A DNA stretch of 64,000 nucleotides from Patescibacteria group bacterium. Its GTDB lineage: Bacteria > Patescibacteriota > Gracilibacteria > UBA1369 > 2-02-FULL-48-14. Positions within the stretch are counted from its first letter, which is position 1; each line of letters opens with the position of its first letter. Position numbers and translations under genes: made by a program. Below, piece after piece: positions 58,520 through 64,000 of this stretch. The DNA is taken from assembly GCA_018816805.1 (NCBI GenBank), contig JAHIVE010000035.1, forward strand, positions 37,575 through 101,574, read 5' to 3'. The notes under the pieces are model-generated. The model was not told the DNA's origin and ran no database searches. It saw nothing but the letters and a program-made list of their open reading frames with translations.

Positions 58520-58675
58520 GTGGAGAGGGATAGATATAAAACAAGAGCTATAATATCATTTTAAAAAAATACAAGCACCCCTGTGTTTTATGTTCTGGAT
58601 CACGCTTTTTTCGCTTTCTTTTGCTTCTTTTCAACATCGTTTTTCTGAGGCGATCGAAGGTGTTATAGTGGAGGC

Positions 58676-59446
58676 ATGAATGTGCAAAAAAAATATAGAG
58701 TGAGCTTGAGGTTGTATTTGCTTTTATTGGCAGCGTGTATTTCAAGTACTGCATTTTTTGTGCCAAGCGCAATGATGCTTAGGCCCCAGATTTTCAACGG
58801 AAGTGTTTTGCCGATTGAGGCACAGTTTGCAATTTTGGTTGGTCAAGCGTCCGTGTTTTTTGCGGTGATTATTTATTTGGGGATGTTTTTGGGAAGAAGA
58901 GTTAGATTGGGAGCACCGATTTTGGAGAGACTATTAAAAGGAAAAAAAGTTAGCGAATGGGTTAAAAAGACAGCGTGGCTGTCTGCGATGTTTGGGGCGG
59001 CGGTTGCCTTTGGGCTGTTTGGTCTGGATTTTGCTTTTGCGGAAAGTAGCGGCTTGCAGAGTTATTCGGGCGTTTTACCCCTTTGGCAAGGGGTTGGGGC
59101 GGCTCTTTACGGGGCGGTGTGCGAGGAAGTTATGGTGAGACTTTTTTTAATGACTTTAATTGCGTATGTGGCCATGAAAGTTAAGTCGAAAAAGAAAAGG
59201 CCGACGGATGTGGGAGTTTGGGTTGCGATTGTGCTTTCGGCGGGGATTTTTGGGGGACTTCAGCTGCTTGGGCTACAGGGGAGCTTGGATTTGAACGGGG
59301 CGGTGGTGACAAGAGAGATTGCAATGAGTGTATCTGCCGGGGCGGTTTTTGGGTGGTTGTATTGGAAAAAAGGGTTTGAAGCAGCGATGCTTGCGCATTT
59401 GATTGCGAGCTTGATTTTGTTTGTTGTGCCGGCACTGGTGAATTAG
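58676..59446 (+). CDS. CPBP (CAAX/Abi) family intramembrane protein
   Basis: EEVMVR motif 1, FGWLYWKKG..AAMLAH motifs 3-4; multiple TMs. Confidence 0.85.
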   Translation: MNVQKKYRVSLRLYLLLLAACISSTAFFVPSAMMLRPQIFNGSVLPIEAQFAILVGQASVFFAVIIYLGMFLGRRVRLGAPILERLLKGKKVSEWVKKTAWLSAMFGAAVAFGLFGLDFAFAESSGLQSYSGVLPLWQGVGAALYGAVCEEVMVRLFLMTLIAYVAMKVKSKKKRPTDVGVWVAIVLSAGIFGGLQLLGLQGSLDLNGAVVTREIAMSVSAGAVFGWLYWKKGFEAAMLAHLIASLILFVVPALVN

Positions 59447-60888
59447 TACGTGTAGTTACTGCAGAATTTTTTGGCATTGCCTTCAACAACTTTGTTGACT
59501 TGGGCTTCACAGAAGGCGAAGTCCTGTTTTGCGGTGGGAACCGTACTTAGGAAGTCCAAAATGTTTTGGTCCGTTTCTAATGCTTTGAGGTCATCAATGT
59601 AGGTGTCCGGCATTGTGAGAGCTATATCCAGGCGCATTTTCGGTGAAGATTGTTCGTAAAGTTTGAGCAGAGTTTGCGGGGACTTGGGTCCGAGTGAATT
59701 CACCCAAAGCTTATCTATTTTGTATTCCAGGTCGCTTTCGTACGATGCGATGCGATTGATGTGGCTTTTGAGTGCGATTTGTTCGAAATTGAAAATGTTG
59801 AGCGTAATGGCCACTAGCAGCAGAAGGGTTGCTGCGCCGAGGTTGATTTTTTTGTAGTTTGCAAGGTACTCGCTCGGTTTTTTGTTGAAAAAGAAGTTTT
59901 GGAGGTAGGCGAGCAGGAGTGCGAGTGAAAAGAAAATCGCGAAAATGACAAGGAATCTTTCATAGGTGAAGCCGTATTGGCCTATGCGCTGATTGATTGC
60001 TGAAAGTGCCACAATGTCCAGAACGAAAACTTCCAGAAACGCGGTGCATTGGACCATTGAGAGGGCTTTTTGAAATTTGGCGTTTTTGATGTTCGGGAGG
60101 AGGTTTGTGGTGAAAAACGTCAAAATGAAAATTCCGGCTGAGAGCCCTAAAAACAGGGGAACGGTGTGGCCGGTTGAGAGCACTTTGGCGAAATGTTGAG
60201 GTACCAGCGCGATGATGTAGACAAGCAAAAAAGCAGCATAAAGAGTGAGGAAGATCGAGCTTATGTAGGAAAGGATTTTTTGAGCGCTTAGAAATTCTGC
60301 TTGTTTTGTGAGGGGCTTTTCAAAGTTGTAGCTCAGCGCGAGAGAGATGAGGGCAACCGAGCAGTAGCCGGTAATAACGAGAGGCTCTATGATATGTGGT
60401 GGAATTTGAACTCCGGTGACATAAAGAAGGCCCGTGAAAAGGGCGGCGGAAACGGTCAGGGCAAAAATGAAAACCGCGAAAGCAATGAGAACCTCGGATA
60501 ATTTTCGGATGTAGAGGTTGAAAGCGTCGGGGGCTTGTTTAAGCTCTTTTTCCGAGACTCCGATTGTGAAAAAGCCTATCAATAAAGGCACAAGTGCGAC
60601 AAAGGTGACGAGCATTGAGTCCGAATATGCAGTGCCTCGATCCAGGAAATTGGACCAAGTCAGAAAGCCGAAAAAGAAGAGCAGGGACGCCGTGAGCAGG
60701 GGAATATTTTTGACTTTTCTATATGCGGTCAGGATGAAAACGGCGAGTCCTGTAAATGCGATTGCTACCAGAAGCGTGCCGTCAATATTTAGCTCCGGGC
60801 GCGGGTCGTGGAGGAAATTATATTCGCCAAAACCGACCGCAGTGCCGATTAGAGCGGCCCAAATTAGCAGTTGTATAGTTTTTTTCAT
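59443..60888 (-). CDS. DUF4153/DUF4173-like membrane protein
   Basis: About 12 TMs; RIGQYGFTYER motif; start at ATG 60888. Confidence 0.7.
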   Translation of the reverse strand: MKKTIQLLIWAALIGTAVGFGEYNFLHDPRPELNIDGTLLVAIAFTGLAVFILTAYRKVKNIPLLTASLLFFFGFLTWSNFLDRGTAYSDSMLVTFVALVPLLIGFFTIGVSEKELKQAPDAFNLYIRKLSEVLIAFAVFIFALTVSAALFTGLLYVTGVQIPPHIIEPLVITGYCSVALISLALSYNFEKPLTKQAEFLSAQKILSYISSIFLTLYAAFLLVYIIALVPQHFAKVLSTGHTVPLFLGLSAGIFILTFFTTNLLPNIKNAKFQKALSMVQCTAFLEVFVLDIVALSAINQRIGQYGFTYERFLVIFAIFFSLALLLAYLQNFFFNKKPSEYLANYKKINLGAATLLLLVAITLNIFNFEQIALKSHINRIASYESDLEYKIDKLWVNSLGPKSPQTLLKLYEQSSPKMRLDIALTMPDTYIDDLKALETDQNILDFLSTVPTAKQDFAFCEAQVNKVVEGNAKKFCSNYTY

Positions 60889-60994
60889 AATAATTGCGGG
60901 ATAAGTGCTCAACAGTGTAGCGCTTATTGCGTGGAAAGTGAAGAGAGGTGGCATGAAAATTTTGCAAATAATGCATGAAATTTTGCGGTTTTAC

Positions 60995-61024
60995 TTGCAT
61001 GGCCGAGCGAAAACAGGTTAAAAT
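60995..61024 (+). promoter_or_regulatory. putative sigma70 promoter of ddl
   Basis: TTGCAT-18 nt-TAAAAT. Confidence 0.45.
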
Positions 61025-61051
61025 GAGCCCGTTATAAATTTGTAAAAAATT

Positions 61052-63409
61052 ATGAAAATCGCATTACTTTGCGGCGGGCCATCGTTGGAGAGAGGGATAT
61101 CGCTTAATTCTGCGCGTAGTGTTGCGGATCATTTGGGTGGGGACGGGATAGAAATTGTTCCGATTTATTTTGACCATAAGAAGCGGGCTTATCATGTTTC
61201 GCCTTCTCAACTTTATTCGAATACGCCGAGTGATTTTGATTTTAAGCTTAAGAAGACGGCAAAATATTTGAGTAAGACGGCTCTTTCAAAGATTTTAAAA
61301 ACCGTTGATTTGGCGTTTCCGGTAATGCACGGGCAATTTGGTGAGGACGGGACAATTCAACGTTTTTTGGGAAGACTGCAGGTGCCGTATGTGGGAAGCG
61401 GCGTTGAAGCATGCAAACGGTGCTTTGATAAATTTGAGGCGAATGAGTTTATTAAGTCTAAGGGGTTTTATACGCTGCCGTCTGCGGTTTTGAAGATTCA
61501 CACAAATGATCATAAGGAGATTTTAGAAGCGTTTTTTGAAAAACATAAAGTGAAGAGGGCGGTTGTGAAACCGGCTACGGGCGGGAGCAGTATTGGGGTT
61601 TTTTCGGTTAAGTCGGCAGAGGAGGCTTTGGAGAAAGTCAGGGTTTTGTTCTCAAAACGGATGGATACGCGGGTTGTTTTGGAGCCGTTTTGCGATGGAA
61701 CAGAATTCACGGTGATTATTTTGCAAAACAGGTTCGGAATGCCGGTCGCGGTGATGCCGACGGAGATTGAGACAGACTACGAGGGAAATCAGATTTTTGA
61801 TTATAGGAAAAAATATTTGCCAACGCGGCAGGTCACGTATCATTGTCCGCCGAGGTTTGATAATTCGACGATTGAAAAAATTCAAGTGCAGGCGGAGCAG
61901 CTTTTTACGGTGCTGGGGATGCGGGATTTTGCGCGTTTTGACGGGTGGCTTTTGCCTGACGGGAAGATTTGGTTTTCTGACTTTAATCCAATAAGCGGGA
62001 TGGAGCAGAACAGCTTTTTGTTTCAGCAGGCCGCGAGAGTTGGGCTTTCACACAGGGATTTACTCAGATTTATTGTTGGAAATGCAGCGGAAAGAAACGG
62101 GCTTAAGTTCCCGGAAGCGCGTGCAAATAAAAAGAGGCAGAAAAAAGTGAATGTTTTATTTGGCGGGTCGACGAGTGAAAGGCAGGTTTCACTTATGAGC
62201 GGGACGAATGCGTGGCTGAAGCTGAGGCGAAGCGAGAAGTATTCGCCAAAGCCGTTTTTGTTGGACATGGAGGAGAATGTTTGGGAAGTGCCGTATGCGT
62301 TGACGTTGAATCATACGGTGGAGGAGGTTCAGGCGAATTTGGAGAATGCGGAGGATGACGAAATGCGCTTAAAATGGCTTGAGGCGAAGGTGAAAATGCG
62401 GCTGGCTTTGCCGGATGAGGCTTTTACAGAGAAGTTTTTTGTGCCAAAGAAAATGTCGCTTGAGGAATTTATTGCAGAGTCTCGATTCGTTTTTATAGGT
62501 TTGCACGGGGGGGTTGGGGAAAACGGTACTTTGCAAGGTATGTTGAAGCGGGCCGGTGTGAAATTTAACGGATCCGGAGAAAAAGCGTCCGAGATTTGTA
62601 TGGATAAATATGTGACAGGGGAGAAACTGAAGGGCATGGAGAGCGAAGGGATTTTTGTAGCACCAAAAAAAAGCATTGCTTTGTATGAATTTCCGGCGGA
62701 TTTGGAGAAATTTTGGCAGGAGTGTATTTCAGAGCTTGGGTCTAAAACCTTAATTGTTAAGCCGCAAGACGAGGGATGTTCGTCGGGGATTGTTCGCCTT
62801 AGATCTGCGAAGGATTTGGAGAAATATTTGAAGCTTTCGAGAAAGGGAGCTCCTTCTATTCCAATGGGGACTTTTGAGGGACAGAAGTCGATTATTGAGA
62901 TGCCGTTGGATCCTATTGCGCGGGTTATCTTAGAGCGGTTTATAGAAGTTGATGCGATTTGCGTGAAGGGAGACCGCTTGAAATGGAAGAAGAAGGACGG
63001 ATGGATTGAAGTGACGGTTGGGCTTCTTTCGGATAAGGATGGAGGGGCGATTCGGGCTTTGTCACCGAGTTTGACGGTGGCGGAAGGCAGTGTTTTGAGT
63101 GTGGAGGAAAAGTTTCAGGGTGGGACCGGGATCAACATTACTCCACCGAGTGAGGATATTGTTGCGCCGGCGGTTTTGAAGCGCGTTAAGGTGTCGATTG
63201 AGAAAGTTGCAGACAGGTTGGGTTTGGCCGGGTATGCGCGGGTGGATGCTTTTATGAATGTGGATAATGGTGACATTATTGTGATCGAGGTGAACACGGC
63301 GCCCGCTTTGACGCCTTCAACTGTGTTATTTCACCAGGCTTTGGCTGAAAAGCCGCCTATTTATCCGCTTTCGCTGCTTGAGAAACTGATTGAGAATAAG
63401 GGATATTAA
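61052..63409 (+). CDS. ddl: tandem-duplicated D-alanine--D-alanine ligase
   Basis: Two ATP-grasp Ddl units: GGPSLERGISL..MHGQFGEDG..KPATGGSSIG..DFNPISGM, then GGSTSERQVSL..LHGGVGENG..KPQDEGCSSG..EVNTAPALT. Confidence 0.9.
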   Translation: MKIALLCGGPSLERGISLNSARSVADHLGGDGIEIVPIYFDHKKRAYHVSPSQLYSNTPSDFDFKLKKTAKYLSKTALSKILKTVDLAFPVMHGQFGEDGTIQRFLGRLQVPYVGSGVEACKRCFDKFEANEFIKSKGFYTLPSAVLKIHTNDHKEILEAFFEKHKVKRAVVKPATGGSSIGVFSVKSAEEALEKVRVLFSKRMDTRVVLEPFCDGTEFTVIILQNRFGMPVAVMPTEIETDYEGNQIFDYRKKYLPTRQVTYHCPPRFDNSTIEKIQVQAEQLFTVLGMRDFARFDGWLLPDGKIWFSDFNPISGMEQNSFLFQQAARVGLSHRDLLRFIVGNAAERNGLKFPEARANKKRQKKVNVLFGGSTSERQVSLMSGTNAWLKLRRSEKYSPKPFLLDMEENVWEVPYALTLNHTVEEVQANLENAEDDEMRLKWLEAKVKMRLALPDEAFTEKFFVPKKMSLEEFIAESRFVFIGLHGGVGENGTLQGMLKRAGVKFNGSGEKASEICMDKYVTGEKLKGMESEGIFVAPKKSIALYEFPADLEKFWQECISELGSKTLIVKPQDEGCSSGIVRLRSAKDLEKYLKLSRKGAPSIPMGTFEGQKSIIEMPLDPIARVILERFIEVDAICVKGDRLKWKKKDGWIEVTVGLLSDKDGGAIRALSPSLTVAEGSVLSVEEKFQGGTGINITPPSEDIVAPAVLKRVKVSIEKVADRLGLAGYARVDAFMNVDNGDIIVIEVNTAPALTPSTVLFHQALAEKPPIYPLSLLEKLIENKGY

Positions 63410-64000
63410 TTTGCGTTGTCTCTATCTGTGCCAATTGATTCGAGAATGAGCCGACCAAAAGCTATACCTAGAGCTTGAACTGCGTCTGTTCCGGACCCCA
63501 AATAATGGGATTCGACATCATGGCCGCTTAATTCAATGGCTTCATGACCATATTCGTGTCCTTGGACTGATGCATATGTGCTTATGAACAGGCCGCATCT
63601 AGAGTGGTTGTTTGAATCAAGACTGTCACAGATGTCACCTAAGAAGGTGTTTGGAGCGTAGGAGTATTCACAATCTTTGCCCTCTTTATCACATGAGAAA
63701 TTACATGCTTTTTCCAGGCCTTGGATTGCTTTGAATTGGTTTGGGTCACTTATATCAATCCCGAGATCTGCTAACCACATGTTGCATTCGTGAGCTGCTA
63801 GAAAAGTTGGGCCTTCGGTATTCAAAATAATTCTTCCGCTGCCGCCAATCCCCATAACTTCAACATTTTCGTCATCTTCATGATAAGGCACTAGGTATTT
63901 TGTTCTGATGCCACATTCAGTGGGGGTAATTTCTATTGTTTCTTTCAGCTCATTTTCACTGCACTCAGGCACGTCCCATTTTGGTTCGCCCGGCTCATGT
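63406..64000 (-). CDS. Cys-rich hypothetical protein with HExxH motif (partial; frame open to window end)
   Basis: No stop upstream of GTG 63972 within the window; GHEYGHE near the C-terminus; eight Cys in the visible part. Confidence 0.6.
   Translation of the reverse strand, partial: HEPGEPKWDVPECSENELKETIEITPTECGIRTKYLVPYHEDDENVEVMGIGGSGRIILNTEGPTFLAAHECNMWLADLGIDISDPNQFKAIQGLEKACNFSCDKEGKDCEYSYAPNTFLGDICDSLDSNNHSRCGLFISTYASVQGHEYGHEAIELSGHDVESHYLGSGTDAVQALGIAFGRLILESIGTDRDNAN

Noticed and set aside
56787-60950. Island integrated at the tmRNA 3' end
   Set aside because: No att repeat or integrase seen; only the close convergent gene is suggestive.
1-64000. Genetic code 25 (TGA = Gly)
   Set aside because: prfB is present, conserved genes (murF, rnj, ispG) end at TGA, and no conserved gene is interrupted by TGA.

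Overview
Bacterial chromosomal window whose gene content (CPR-type pilin, VanW, FemX, RNase Y/J, stand-alone 5'-3' exonuclease, long tmRNA tag, many orphan ORFs) suggests a Patescibacteria/CPR organism, most plausibly Peregrinibacteria-like; this placement is inference. It uses the standard code (prfB present, TGA stops). Housekeeping content: an MEP isoprenoid cluster (ispG, dxr, ispDF, ispE), infC-rpmI-rplT, murF, holB, rny, a cysteine desulfurase, hpf, pduO, tRNA-Asp, glycosylation genes, dciA, rpsP-khpA, ftsA-ftsZ, femX, def, prfB, murD, rnj, dnaN, mfd, tmRNA and a tandem double Ddl. Most unusual items: (1) a self-contained unit at about 21.86-22.45 kb next to tRNA-Asp, where a foreign-looking 104-aa ORF is enclosed by a 24-nt long-range RNA stem that competes with a 5' hairpin, preceded by a boxA-like site and followed by a structured RNA domain; (2) a plant-plastid-like double Ddl; (3) a DnaA-box cluster before dnaN with no adjacent dnaA and no visible strand-skew switch; (4) a 167-nt rod-shaped palindromic element before mfd; (5) a recurring leaderless TAnnnT-N4-GC-ATG architecture; (6) a 1115-aa protein with an unrecognised ~73-aa repeat. 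All calls are by eye from sequence motifs; no searches were run.
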